DNA of 64,000 nucleotides from Selaginella moellendorffii (Eukaryota > Plantae > Lycopodiophyta). The stretch covers positions 341,391 through 405,390 of the forward strand of contig NW_003314291.1 in NCBI RefSeq assembly GCF_000143415.4, given 5' to 3'. The notes beneath the pieces were generated by a model that worked only from the letters and a program-made list of their open reading frames with translations, made no database searches and was not told the origin of the DNA. Numbering within the stretch: position 1 is the first letter of the stretch; each line of letters opens with the position of its first letter. This document shows, piece by piece, positions 1-11,768 of this stretch. The translations under genes and the position numbers were made by a program.

Positions 1-202
1 TCTCCACCATATCAATAAGTGCGTTCACTTTTGAAAACATTATCATATTTTTTAATGCATATGAGGCAATTCATATAAAATAGTGATTGATTGCAACGAG
101 ATAGATAGATAGATAAACATTTTTATAGTCACCGGGATATTTTTGATAATTTCACAAGGAAACTCGAGGTTGTTTCATCTGGATAAATTCGTACACTTGT
201 TT

Positions 203-217
203 ATTGACCCCGTCAAT
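203..217. promoter_or_regulatory. Palindromic ATTGAC-ccc-GTCAAT element (W-box TTGACC facing TGACG) upstream of Cys/Trp-rich peptide gene 1
   Basis: Perfect 6-bp inverted repeat, preserved at 38161-38175 upstream of paralogue 3 inside an identical ~30-bp block. Function inferred from motif identity only. Confidence 0.4.
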
Positions 218-386
218 CAAGCACAAACACGACATATCGTGCCCGAGAAGCAGTAAAAACCGTGTACATAGCAGTGTTGCTTAGACTCAGCCTCAAATCC
301 TCCATCTAAATTGGCACCATAATACAGCAAAGCAAAGAAGGGATACAAGAAAAGAAATTAGTTTACATTTCTAGATTAACAATACA

Positions 387-706
387 ATGGTGAGCAAGTC
401 CCAGCTGATGCTTCTGCCCATGTTTGTGACAATCCTCCTGGTTGGAGTGGACGTCAGTGGGATCACCAACGCAGCAGCCCAGCGGCAATGCAAAATCTGG
501 ATGGAACTGGGACGGCCATAAGTGCATCCAGTGTCCCAAAGGCTGGTATTGGTATAGCAGCAATTGCCACCGATGCCTCTCCAGATGGAAGTGGAGTGGA
601 AGCAAATGCGTGAGTTGCCCGAGAAACTGGTACTGGTACAACAACAAGTGCCACCAATGCCAGTTTTGCTGGAAATGGAGCAAAGGACCACTGCATCAAG
701 AACTGA
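387..706 (+). pseudogene. Secreted Cys/Trp-rich repeat peptide, copy 1 (5 repeats; two +1 A frameshifts)
   Basis: ATG at 387 gives signal peptide MVSKSQLMLLPMFVTILLVGVDVSGITNAAA, homologous to 38364. There is an extra A at 492-495 (caaaatct vs caaatct in the paralogue) and another at 682-684. Correcting both yields CKSGWNWDGHKCIQ/CPKGWYWYSSNCHR/CLSRWKWSGSKCVS/CPRNWYWYNNKCHQ/CQFCWKWSKDHCIKN* (TGA 704-706), colinear with the intact gene at 37442. Confidence 0.8.
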
Positions 707-1076
707 CCAAATTGGAGGCACAAAATGAATTGTGATTTTAAATCTGATTTAAATAAAATCGCAAACTTATTGGGAGAAACATGGGCTCGAACTCTCTACC
801 TCAGGTAGAATCAAAGGGCTAATGGAGCATCGGTTAAAAAAAGAGGAAGTTATGGTGTGCAATTTATAAATTGTGTGTGGACGATCATACGCAAAAACTG
901 ACATGTTGTCTTCCAATTCGTCTATAATTTTATGGCCATAATATGCCCTTCAGATGGCCATGGCATGTTTCCATTATCACTCCATACATTCATTGGCATA
1001 ACTTTGACTTGTTAACTTAGGGTTGGTAGCATCCCTGCCCAAGACGGGATTCAACTGGCATGGTAGATGCTAGGAG

Positions 1077-1199
1077 GCCTACATACATCAGTCTATTTCC
1101 TGTTTGTAGATCATTTGTTTTTTTCAGTTGCAATGTCGAAACTGTTTGGCCTAAAGTATTTCCCAATGGCGTGTGTGGAACCACCTGATGTATGTAGGC
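1077..1199. repeat. 15-bp perfect inverted repeat pair
   Basis: GCCTACATACATCAG (1077-1091) and CTGATGTATGTAGGC (1185-1199); no flanking TSD seen. Confidence 0.6.
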
Positions 1200-1526
1200 T
1201 TTTCCTTATCTAATTGGAGAAGTAAGTCTAGTGGAGGATGAAGAACATAGTGTTGCATATGATGGCACTGATGTTTCTGATGAATCAAGTGTTGAGAGTG
1301 AGACCATTAAGGATAGAGATGTTTTTGAGGTAAGTTAAATTATCCATTGTCATACTAATTGTGTAAGGCTTTGGAAGTCTAATTAATTTTGTTATTTGGA
1401 TGCAACTTAAAATTCTCTAAACCAAAACTACTAGTTACCTTGCAACTTACTTTGGAAGATCAATGCTGTACAAGTACATGAGGCTTATTGATCCCAATTG
1501 GAGGCATGTATATAACATGATGCTAT

Positions 1527-1759
1527 TGTTATGATCCGGCGCAAAAAGACAAAAATCTCATTGCCCTAGACTATGCTACGCCACCTCTTGAGGTTCCTCA
1601 CCACCCAACCACCCCCGAGCTACCTCAAAAGCTCCACTGCGCCGCCGCTCCACTGTGAGCCCTAGGGTAGGTTAAGTCCCTTACCCTAACATGCCTTAAT
1701 ATACCCTTGAGCCTCCCTTTGACCGACGTTGACCACGTAGTCAAAGCTGGCGCCTAACA
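1527..1759. mobile_element. Solo LTR (233 bp)
   Basis: TGTTA...TAACA termini with a perfect 5-bp TSD GCTAT (1522-1526 and 1760-1764); GC-richer than its flanks. Confidence 0.8.
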
Positions 1760-2485
1760 GCTATCAAGAGAGGTATTGAATCTTGTCCAAGCTAATATTT
1801 CTATGAATCGTGCTGGCACAAACTGAGGGATTATCAACTCTCGCTCGGGCTGTAAAACTGCAAGATATCAATTTAGTCAACGCCAAATATGGCAAACTTT
1901 AGCTATACACAAACTATCTAAACTCCAAGACTAGAATTGACTAATGAGTATATTCAAATGACATGCCTTATGCACTATGCCATATAGATTGTGTGTTCAA
2001 TTTTATACTCTACAAACTATTCTTAGGAACTAATTTTAGTTTTCTTTGTTGTAGTCTATTGCAAGCGTGTGATATACAGTTTTTATGTCATGCAGTGATC
2101 TATGGTGCAACTACAAAGCAAGCACATGCCATTTTAAACACTTACACATGGGTTGTGAGGCACTTCAGTAGGCCAAAACAATTGAGAAGTAACAATGCCC
2201 TTGAACATAATGAGGTTGAGGCTGATATCATGAATTGCTGGGGGGTAGGAACCAAAAGTTTCATACATAAGACATCAACACAAAATTAAGTATATTGCTT
2301 TTGTGTCTTTTGGCTACTCAATTACTCATTACTTTGTTGTAGCATATTGAGCACTTCTAGCATGAACTTTTTGAGTGTATATATAGTTTTACAAACACTT
2401 TTTTGAGTTGATGGAGGATATCATAATTTTGGATGTCTTTAATCTATGGCATAGATAAAGTTTGCAATGTGTATTTACACCTTAC

Positions 2486-5410
2486 CTTACAAAGGATATT
2501 TCCCACTGGGTTGTTATATAGAATCTTCAACCTTATTATTGTGGCCAATTCTTTAAGCCATCCCATGTTTCTATTGATCTAGTCCAACCAATGGAGCATG
2601 AACTTGGGTAAAAATTCCTTATGATACTTTCATTTATTCCTATTTTGCGGCATCATTCTAGCCCAAGGTAGAAAAGAGATCTAAGACATGTCAAGTTCTT
2701 TCTTTACTAACATCAACGGGGCTTTATTGTTAGAGGTATTTAAAATTGTCTTGTATATATTGATGAGGTTATTACTTCCTTTTTGCAGCACCTAGTAAAA
2801 GTGAGAAATCAAGCATTTTCAATGCATCAACATGGCCTCAATTTAGATAAGTAGTATCTTTTGTATTTAGATCTATGTGCTATGGCAAATGTAGAAGGAG
2901 TTCCCTATTGTTATTGACACTTTTTCTTAATGAGGAGAGTCATAGATGCAAAGAACCATATTAATATTGAAGAAAAGAAGAAGAAAACAAAAGTTATAAT
3001 ATATGTTAATAATTGATTGCAAAGTAGATTTCCAGCATAAAGAAAGCTTATAAGCATACTCCTCAACCATATCAAAGAGTTACACGAAGTGCTATTAACA
3101 AAATCTTAGTGACTGGGTATCTTGAGAGTATCAAGCACAAACTTATGATGAACTTAGAAGAGAAATGAATTTTGGTTTCTATTTTAGAACTTTGGAGGCT
3201 TTATAAAATATATGAATTTGATCTATTGCTGCTTTGAAAAATTTTACAATGTACTTTTTATAGAAATTGAGTGTTATGATATTATCATGGATAAAATTTA
3301 CTGCTTGATCATAAGAGGGAAGTTGACAAATTTGTAATATATATACATCTAAAAATAGATATCTTTTGATATAGTGGGAACTGTTTAGCCTCGGAAATTT
3401 TAACAATACCAACTATTCAATGAAGAAGAAAGCAAAGCATTCATTCAACTCTTTTTGCTGTATTTGCTTTTTTAATTTCCTAATATTCTTAAAGAAATTT
3501 TAAATTGATATTATGCACTTATTCTACACACATACAGTGGCCAAAGACATTACCACTTGAGCATGTTACAAATTTGTGGTCTTCATCTTTTCCACTCTTA
3601 AAATTCATTTTTGTTATTCACAAAGTGGGGAGATGATCAATGATGTGGAGCAGCATGGGTCATATTATATAATATAGTGCTATAGGTTTGAGAGGATAGT
3701 CAAAAAGTATTCAAACATTCTGAATAATTGATATATTTCATCTTTATCTTTTGTTTATTTTCTATTTTAATAACTGATAACAAGTGATGTAAGTTCAATC
3801 TATCACTTCTCAAGGCTTTTAATAATTGAAGTTATATATAATAGATTTGACCATGAAGACAACAAATTAGCTATGAGCTTATATTAGAGTAGCTATAGAA
3901 AGAGTGTCAAATATATATGTAGTAAGTTTTTAATTTTTGCAAGTTTTGAGTTGGTATTTTGATGCACATATAAACTCAAAAGAGGATGTTTTAAAGGTTT
4001 AGAATAAACTTCTTACATATAAAAGTCAACTTATTAAATTTTTTGAGAGGTGAAAATTTGAGTCCCTTTTCTAAAATATTTTATTGAAAGGTGTTTTCTA
4101 TAAAGCAAGCAAGATAGTGATGTTATCAAATGGAGAGTACATATTTTTACATGCTTAAAGGCTATAACTTATATTTTTAAGGGAGTTATTTTTATTTTAT
4201 CAGAAATGAAATATGCAATTCCTTTCTTTATATTTTTTTTATGTGGCTTATTATTTTTATCTTGAAGTTATAGGAAACACTATTATATGCTTTTTCTGCC
4301 CATGAAAGTATTCTTCCTTCTAATCTCAAATATTTTACATCATTGTCTTTTACTTCACGACAACACAAATTTATCTTTTGAATACAATGAGTTAAAGCTC
4401 CATGATAAATTACTTTAACTAGGACATATCAAGAATTTCCTAATTTATCCACTAAAAAGTGATATTGTAAGTAATAGTTTAAAGCAGCTTTATCCACCAT
4501 CCATTCACCATCCATCATGAAATTCAGTTTTTATAACAACACAAGAATGATGGATGGTCTTTAAGCTTTGATAATTATCCCAATGTAGAATCAATGCACA
4601 TTGATAAAGTATTTATAGCAAGATGACACACTCAATCAATTGTTTAGCTAGTGAAAGATAGTGAAACATATAGTTACCTTCATTGCTATGGTATTTTCAC
4701 ATAGATACCATTCTAAATTATCTATATCTTGATAATAATCTCTTTAAAGGCACACATCCAAAATTTTGTAAAATGTTTTTTTGTGCAGCTAATGAAAGGT
4801 TCTATTCATCCATTATTTGTTGCAACTAGATGAAAATCCTCTCAATTTCAAACTTTCTACCTATCTCTTTTGACTCCTAGTGTGTTGCTACGGCTCCATC
4901 AAGCTCTGGAACATTATATGAAATTGAAACTCCTTCCTCTAACTCCTAATGTGTTGTTATATGGCTTTCCCAAACTCTAGATCATAATTTCTCTATGCTT
5001 AGTTGGTCTCACTCCCAATGTGCTACTACGGCTTCCTTAACTTCTAGATCATAATCTGAATTTGAGGCTTCACCTAACTCAGATTGAAGCTCTTTGCATA
5101 ACTCCTCTAATTCCCTGTGTTATTCCTGCTTCACAATTTGATGTTAGATTTGCTATTGTGGTTAGCTCTTCATCATGATCTTCCACCTAGATCTCAACCA
5201 CTATCTACTGCTATGGCTTCTAATTCACAATTTGCAAAACTCATTAAATCTTGACAACAATGTTGGCACCAAAATCAATTAGACAGAAAGTGTCCTCTGC
5301 TGGAGAGCCACATCAAGCACATCTACAGATCTTCTGCATTTTAGGGCAAAATACTGCATTGTAGTCAAGTTACAAAATCATAGTCAATTTATATACTGTC
5401 TGGCAATTTC
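2486..5410 (-). pseudogene. Decayed AT-rich multi-exon unknown gene/repeat family ('family A'), copy in duplication unit 1
   Basis: Homologous to 8190-10570 and 18155-20890 (same orientation) and to 16850-17940 and 27420-28299+34980-35240 (opposite orientation). A spliceable minus-strand exon (ag|VLQKGSNN...ILCK|gtaag) lies at ~2486-2792. It has ~65-75 bp internal sub-repeats at 4870-5130 and is almost CpG-free. Confidence 0.5.
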
Positions 5411-5523
5411 AGTAGTTCCTATTTTCCTTCCAGGAAAATCACGAAGAACAATCAAGCAAAGGTAAGAAATAAACTAGACGCCAATGGGAGTTAGTGCTAG
5501 CGTTTTAGAGAAAGATCGCTTTC

Positions 5524-5700
5524 CAGGATTGCCTTGTGCGCACACACATCCGGCCCATCACACGCCTTGAGCGTCACATCCAACAGTGGGAAATCGAGGG
5601 TGTCCTGGTCCCAGGCCCGCAGGAATTTGACCTGGCACGCCACCGCTTGGAGGCGGAGGTGCTGCTGTGCTCCCCACCATGAGAGGAACGCGAGGCATAT
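5524..5700 (-). pseudogene. BTB/POZ-domain gene first-exon fragment, copy 1
   Basis: Minus strand reads ...VKFLRAWDQDTLDFPLLDVTLKACDGPDVCAHKAIL (BTB N-terminal DV.L...AHK.IL motif). The splice donor is mutated (GA instead of GT), there are internal deletions, and no downstream BTB exon is present. Confidence 0.7.
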
Positions 5701-5727
5701 TCCCCCTCTCTCTTTTCTTTAACGCGC

Positions 5728-5739
5728 CGCCACGTGGCG
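5728..5739. promoter_or_regulatory. Perfect palindromic G-box CGCCACGTGGCG
   Basis: 12-bp palindrome ~260 bp upstream of PEBP copy 1; absent from copies 2 and 3. Confidence 0.4.
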
Positions 5740-5754
5740 TGTTTGAAACGTAAC

Positions 5755-5884
5755 AGGACTAGATAAACAAAATGGTACCGTTAAGAAAGCAGAATTTAGG
5801 TTAGGACTTGATAAACAAAAAGGTCCCATTAAGAAAGCAGAATTAGGTTAGGACTAGATAAACAAAAGGGTACCATTAAGAAAG
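5755..5884. repeat. ~48-bp promoter minisatellite (about 2.7 units)
   Basis: AGGACTAGATAAACAAAA.GGTACCATTAAGAAAGCAGAATTTAGGTT units start at 5755, 5803 and 5850. There is one unit before PEBP copy 2 and two before copy 3. Confidence 0.85.
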
Positions 5885-5953
5885 AAAAATTAGTCTAAAA
5901 TCGAAAAGGTGCCAAAAAGGAATACATAAACCCTATGTTAAAAGGTAAATCAC

Positions 5954-5962
5954 TATATAAAT
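5954..5962 (+). promoter_or_regulatory. TATA box of PEBP copy 1
   Basis: TATATAAAT ~40 bp upstream of the ATG, identical in all three copies. Confidence 0.6.
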
Positions 5963-5999
5963 CTAGGTATCAAAGCGATCACAACACAACAAAGGATCA

Positions 6000-6590
6000 A
6001 TGAGGAAGCTTGTGGTAGTTGCTTTCTTGGCTATATTCTTTGCAGGAGCTACTTCTTCGCGATTGTTAGCGTCTACTCCACCACGATCTCCATTGCCAGG
6101 ATCTCTAGCAGTGGAGAAATCGATCTCTATAGCTGTTTCTTACACAGGAAAGGATACCTTCGCCGATGGAACCCTTTTGACGTGCCCGCAAACTGCGATT
6201 CATCCCAACGTTATGGTCCCAGGAGATGTTGATCCTGCGCAGCTTTACTCCATCGTGATGATAGATAGGCAAGCTTCGCAGTCAATGTTTACATTGGCAG
6301 ATCAATTCACGTACGTCCACTATTGGATCGCCAATATCCCTGGATCAAAGGTTGACGCTGGCACCATTCTGGAGGAGTATATGAGGCCTGCACCCCACGA
6401 TTTCATGCTGCACAAGTACGAGTTTATACTGTATAAGCAGCAAGGGCAGATCAATACACCTCTCGCAGATAGGTTCGTCAAGGACTGGGAAGCGGTCGCA
6501 AGCTCTTACAACCTTGGCAGCCCCGTAGCAACGACTTCCTTTGTTGCGCAGCTCACCCTAAACTTTAGAATGAGAATGTTCCAATGTTAA
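6000..6590 (+). CDS. Secreted intronless PEBP (phosphatidylethanolamine-binding protein) family protein, copy 1, 196 aa
   Basis: N-terminal signal-like peptide MRKLVVVAFLAIFFAGATS. PEBP motifs LYSIVMID, YVHYWIANIPG, EYMRPAP..HKYEFILYKQ and YNLGSPVA are present. Open frame with TATA box. Confidence 0.88.
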   Translation: MRKLVVVAFLAIFFAGATSSRLLASTPPRSPLPGSLAVEKSISIAVSYTGKDTFADGTLLTCPQTAIHPNVMVPGDVDPAQLYSIVMIDRQASQSMFTLADQFTYVHYWIANIPGSKVDAGTILEEYMRPAPHDFMLHKYEFILYKQQGQINTPLADRFVKDWEAVASSYNLGSPVATTSFVAQLTLNFRMRMFQC

Positions 6591-6789
6591 AAAGGTGGCT
6601 TCTTTGAATCATTGCGTGTTGTTCGAAACTAGAGAAAAGAGATTCATCTATTGTTAGAACAAGATCGTCCCAATGTTATAAGGTGGCGAGATTAAATGTT
6701 CTTTGAATTTAAAACTTTTGTTACGTAAACAGAACGAAAATAGAGAAAAAGAGATACGATTACAGTTTAGAGTGGTGTATGGTATTGTT

Positions 6790-7740
6790 TCTCAAGAACA
6801 CTGTCCCGGATAGGACGACTTTGCCTCTCTGCACTTGAAGGAGATCCTGAAAGAAGAAGCAAGCGTTACGAGGATGGTCTAGAAACGATTGCGGGCGCTT
6901 ACTGCGAGCTCTCGTCTTGTTCAATGTTGCGAGCGTTTCGCCCGGATAGATGTGGTGCAGGAACCTGGAGCTGATCGTCGCAATTCTCATCGGATCACCG
7001 TTGCAGCCGCACTGAATTATAGCTCGCCCAGCATAGCTAAGCATGCAAAGCCCATGAAGAATGGGACGCTGGAAGCTGAATTTTTAAATCCCGTCACAGA
7101 CGTCATTCGCAAGAACAACAAAGCTTACCCTGAACTTTGGGTCCGAATGCAAGGGATTCACGTCTCAGAGTAACGCCTATATCACGGACGAGTAACTTAT
7201 GTTCTACAAGGACTAACTCAAAATGAAAATTAATCTCTCGTTCTGGTTCGGCCTGATTTCATCAAGTATGGAGGAGTTGCGTCAAATTCTTTCTCATTGA
7301 AACTGATGGGAAACTGCGACGATGTTCGCAGCGAGAAGGAGAACGGTTTTCCAGGACCTGCTTGGAATCCTCCAGCACCGCGTAAGAATACTAAAGTCCT
7401 GCAAAATTGTTGACTTAGGCTAGGCCTACTCTCAGTTCAATTATACAAAAGCTACAGTACCTTTGCAGACATAGCAGTTCCCTGGTATCAATGCAAGAGT
7501 TCCACTTCAACCACTAGAAAAGTGGCGCATAGGCCTATCATTTTTGCGCATGAAAACGAAACATGTCGTAAAGACCTGAAATTCGTTTGCTGCTACGAAC
7601 CTGAATTTACAAAGATAGAGACACTTGAAATTCAAGGAAAAAGAGAGAAGAGAAACCTTACCCGTTGGCTGTGGTTTGTAAATCTCCACATGCTATTCAC
7701 CACCAGTAGCTTCGGATCAAAGCTGCAAATTATATACATT
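6790..7740 (+). pseudogene. Unidentified GC-rich coding-like relic downstream of PEBP (also ~11955-12990 and ~22225-22805 plus its inverted part)
   Basis: Conserved translations in all three units (DVVQEPGAD..., AKPMKNGTLEA.FLNPVT.VIRKN.KAYP) broken by different indels and stops. No family recognised. Confidence 0.35.
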
Positions 7741-10669
7741 TTTTCCAGGCTAAAGTCAAGGAAAACAAGAGATGGACCTTATAACTTAGCCCAGGCAAAT
7801 CATGTTAGGTTAGGAATTAGACTATGATTTTGTAACTTTGATTTAATTTATGAATGGGAGATATTGACTGAAGATATGATGTCAATCTAGAAGACACTTG
7901 CTGTCTGATCAATCTTGGTGCCAACAAAACCTGGTGAGTTTTGTAGATTGTGATCCAGAAGCTGCTGCAGCAGATAGAGGTGGAACTGTGATGGAGAGAT
8001 AGCCACAGCAGCACACTGGGAGCCAGAGGAAGGAGGCTCAGATTCAAATTATGATAGCAGCACATTGGGAGCCAGAGGAGCCAGGCAGAGATCTCCAATC
8101 CAAGAGGACTTTCATTCAGATGGATGAATGTAACCTCTCATTACAAGAAGACATTCTACAGAAGTTTGGCAGTGTGTCCCTAAAGATGTAATAATGTGCA
8201 TTTTATTATAGATAAGATTTACTGCTTGATCACAAGAGGGAAGTTGACAAGTTTGTTATATATATATCTGACAATAACTACCTTTTGACATATTGGGAAG
8301 CATTTAACCTCAGGAATTTGAACAATACCAACTATTCAATGTTGAAAAAAACAAAGCATTTATTCAACTTTTCTTGCCGTATTTGCTTATCTAATTTCTT
8401 AATGTTCCCAAAAATATTTTAAATTGATATTATATACTTATTCTACACACATACAGTTGCAGAAGGCTAGACAAAAAAGTGCTCTCTAAATTAAAAGACA
8501 CTCTTGTGTGCTTTTGGTATTCATTGTGAAAAAATCTTATAGACTAAACACATCACCACTTGAGTATATATACAAGTTTGTGGTTTTTATCTTTTCCACT
8601 CTTAATATTCATTTTTATTATTCACAAAGTGGGGAGATGATAATGATGTGGAGTGGCATGGGTCATATTATATAATATGGTGCTATAGGTTTGAGAGGAT
8701 AGTCAAGAAGTATTCAAGCATTTTAAATAACTGATATATTTCATCTATATCCTTTGTTTATTTTTTATTTTAATAATTGATGACAAGTGATATAAGGTCA
8801 ATCTATCACTTCTCAAAGCTTTTAGCAACTGAAGTTATATATAATAGATTTGACAATGAAGACAGCAAATTACCTTCAGAATGGCTATAAACTCCTATTC
8901 GAGTAGTTGTATAAAAAATTATGGAAAGAGTGGTAAATAATATATGTAGCAAATTGTTGATTATTGCAAGTTTTGAGTTGGTATTTTGATGCTCAAAAGA
9001 AAAGGCTCGAAAGGTCTGGAATAAACTTCTTATATATGGAAGTCAACTTGTTAAATTTGTTGAGAGGTGAAAATTTAAGTCCCTTTTCTAAAATATTTTA
9101 TTGAGAAGTGTTTTCTATGAAGTGGGCAAGAGAGTGATATTATCAAGTGGACATAAAGTAGAGAGTACATATTTTTACATGCTTAAAGGCCATAGTTTAT
9201 ATTTTCAAGGAAGTTATTTTAAGTTCATCAGAAATGAGGTCCTTTCTTTGTATTTTGTTTTATATGGTTTGTTATTTTTAGCTTACTTCCTTTGCCCATA
9301 GAAAAATTCTTCATTCCAATCTCAGATATTTTACATCATTGCCTTTTACTTGAGTTTCACCACAACATAAATTTAGCCTTTGAATACAAGCTCCATGACA
9401 AACTACTTCAACTAAGACACATAAGGAATTTATCAATTTATCCACCAAAAGGTGATATTATAGGTAATGGTTTAACACCATCCATCCATTATCGATCATG
9501 AAATTCAACTTTTATAATAATACAAGAGTGATGAATGGTCTTTGAGCTTTAATAACAATGTAGAATCAATACATATTGAGGATCACCCTATGTGAAAAAG
9601 AACCTTTAAAAAAGAAGATAGAAAGTTGAATGATACATTATCTTGATTGATCCAAAAGATGAATTTAGATCATAAAATCTATAACTCTGCCAAAACTTAC
9701 TGTTATGTTAAAATTCCTTGATCATTGATAAAATTCCTTCAAACCATTCATTTCATTTTCTCCATAACTGAAGGTATTTATAGCAAGATGACACACTTGA
9801 TATTAGTAAATTCAGCTACTTAGCTAGTGGAAGATAGTGAAACATAAATTTACCTTCATTGCAATGGTACCTTGACATGGATACTATTCTATCTCAATAA
9901 TAGTCTCTTTAAAGACACATCTTCAGAATTTTGTAAAATGCCTTCTTATGTAGCTAATGAAAGGTTTTATTCATCCATTGCTTACATCTGGATGAAAGTC
10001 CTCTCAAATTTAAGTTCTTTATCTAGCTCCTTTAACTCCTAGTGTGTTGCTGTGGCTCTATCAAGGTTTGGAACATAATCTAAAATTAAGACTCCTTCCT
10101 TTAACTCCTAGTGTCTTGTTATGACTTCCCCAAACTTTGGATTATAATCTAAATCTGAGGCTCCATCTAGCTCAAATTAAAGCTTTATGCTTAGTTGGTC
10201 TCACTCCCCATGTGCTGCTACAACCTCTAGATCATAATCTGAATTTAAAACTTCACTTAGCTCAGATTCTTCACATAACTCCTCTAACTCCCTATGTGTT
10301 ATTGCTACTTCACAATTTGATGTTAGATCTGCCACCTAGATCGCAACCACTATCGCTTCTAATTCACAATCTACAAAACTCACTAGATCTTTGACAATGT
10401 GACCACCAAAATCAATTAGACAGAAAGTGTCCTCCACATGTGCTGGAGAGCCACATCAAGCACATCTACAGATCTTCTGCATTTTAGGGCAAAATACTGC
10501 AGTGTAGTCAATATAATCAAAATTACAAAATCATAGTCAATTTATATACTGTCTGGCAATTTCATTAGTTCCTATTTTGCTTCCAGAAAGATCACGAAAA
10601 ACAATCAAGCAAAGGAAAGAAATAAACTAGACGCAGCTAGTGCTAGGGTTTTAGAGAAAGATCGCTTAC

Positions 10670-10945
10670 GAGGATTGCCTTGTGCGCGCACACATCTGGC
10701 CCCTCACACGCCTTGAGCGTCACATCCAACAGTGGCAAATCGAGGGTGTCCTGGTCCCAGGCACGCAGGAATTTGGCCTGGCAAGCCACCGCTTAGAGGC
10801 GGCGCTCCTTGTCCCGGAGGTGTCCCCACCAGCGACTCCAGCCTGTGGATCCGGCCCCTGTGGCATCGATCACAATACGCGAACTCCATCGCGTAGGAGC
10901 GAAACTCGTACCCTGAGAGGAGCCTCTTGCATCCACGCGAGGCAT
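10670..10945 (-). pseudogene. BTB/POZ-domain gene first-exon fragment, copy 2 (most complete)
   Basis: Cys-containing N-terminus (GCKR...YCDRCH...RIHRLESLV), then after a frameshift HLRDKERRL*AVACQAKFLRAWDQDTLDLPLLDVTLKACEGPDVCAHKAIL|gtaag. This resembles small plant BTB proteins of the At4g08455 type (from memory). In-frame stop; exon 2 absent. Confidence 0.7.
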
Positions 10946-11177
10946 ATTCCCGTGTGAGGGAATTTTTTTTCTTTAGAAGGGTGTTTGAAAGCGTAACAGC
11001 AGAATTTAGGTTAGGACTAGATAAACAAAAAGGTACCAATAAGAAAGAAAAATTAGTCAAATAAAATTGAAAATAAAATCGAAAAGGTGCCAAAAAGGAA
11101 TACATAAACCCTATGTTAAAAGGTAAATCACTATATAAATCTAGGTATCAAAGTGATCACAACACAACAAAGGATCA

Positions 11178-11768
11178 ATGAGGAAGCTTGTGCTAGCTGC
11201 TTTCTTGGCTATATTCTTTGCAGGAGCTACTTCTTCGCGATTGTTAGCGTCTACTCCACCACGATCTCCATCGCCAGGATCTCTAGCAGTGGAGAAATCG
11301 ATCTCTATAGCTGTTTCTTACACAGGAAAGGATACCTTCGCCGATGGAACCCTTTTGACGTGCCCGCAAACCGCGATTCATCCCAACGTTATGGTCCCAG
11401 GAGATGTTGATCCTGCGCAGCTTTACTCCATCGTGATGATAGATAGGCGAGCTTCGCGGTCGATGTTTACATTGGCAGATCAATTCACGTACGTCCACTA
11501 TTGGATCGCCAACATCCCTGGATCAAAGGTTGACGCTGGCACCATTTTGGAGGAGTATATGAGGCCTGCACCCCACGACTTCATGCAGCACAAGTACGAG
11601 TTTATACTGTATAAGCAGCAAGGGCAGATCAATACGCCTCTCGCGGATAGATTCGTCAAGGACTGGGAAGCGGTCGCAAGTGCTTACAACCTTGGCAGCC
11701 CAGTAGCAACGACTTCCTTTGTTGCGCAGCTCACCCTAAACTTTAGAACGAGAATGTTCCAATGTTAA
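11178..11768 (+). CDS. Secreted intronless PEBP family protein, copy 2, 196 aa
   Basis: Near-identical paralogue of 6000..6590; intact ORF with the same motifs. Confidence 0.88.
   Translation: MRKLVLAAFLAIFFAGATSSRLLASTPPRSPSPGSLAVEKSISIAVSYTGKDTFADGTLLTCPQTAIHPNVMVPGDVDPAQLYSIVMIDRRASRSMFTLADQFTYVHYWIANIPGSKVDAGTILEEYMRPAPHDFMQHKYEFILYKQQGQINTPLADRFVKDWEAVASAYNLGSPVATTSFVAQLTLNFRTRMFQC

Larger units (their letters stand above)
2900..8190. repeat. Tandem segmental duplication unit 1 (family A - BTB fragment - PEBP - downstream relic)
   Basis: Colinear with units 2 and 3 (e.g. 2905~18157, 3285~8205~18545, 6000~11178~21448, 7820~13045). Boundaries approximate. Confidence 0.85.

Noticed and set aside
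363-723. Minus-strand repetitive ORFs (also 37433-37755, 38306-38631)
   Set aside because: Antisense shadows of the Cys/Trp peptide genes.
781-840. B-box-like sequence suggesting a tRNA or SINE
   Set aside because: No A-box, cloverleaf, tail or TSD discernible.
6000-6590. Naming the PEBP genes FT, TFL1 or MFT
   Set aside because: The signal peptide, lack of introns and loss of DPDxP/GxHR do not support orthology without a phylogeny.
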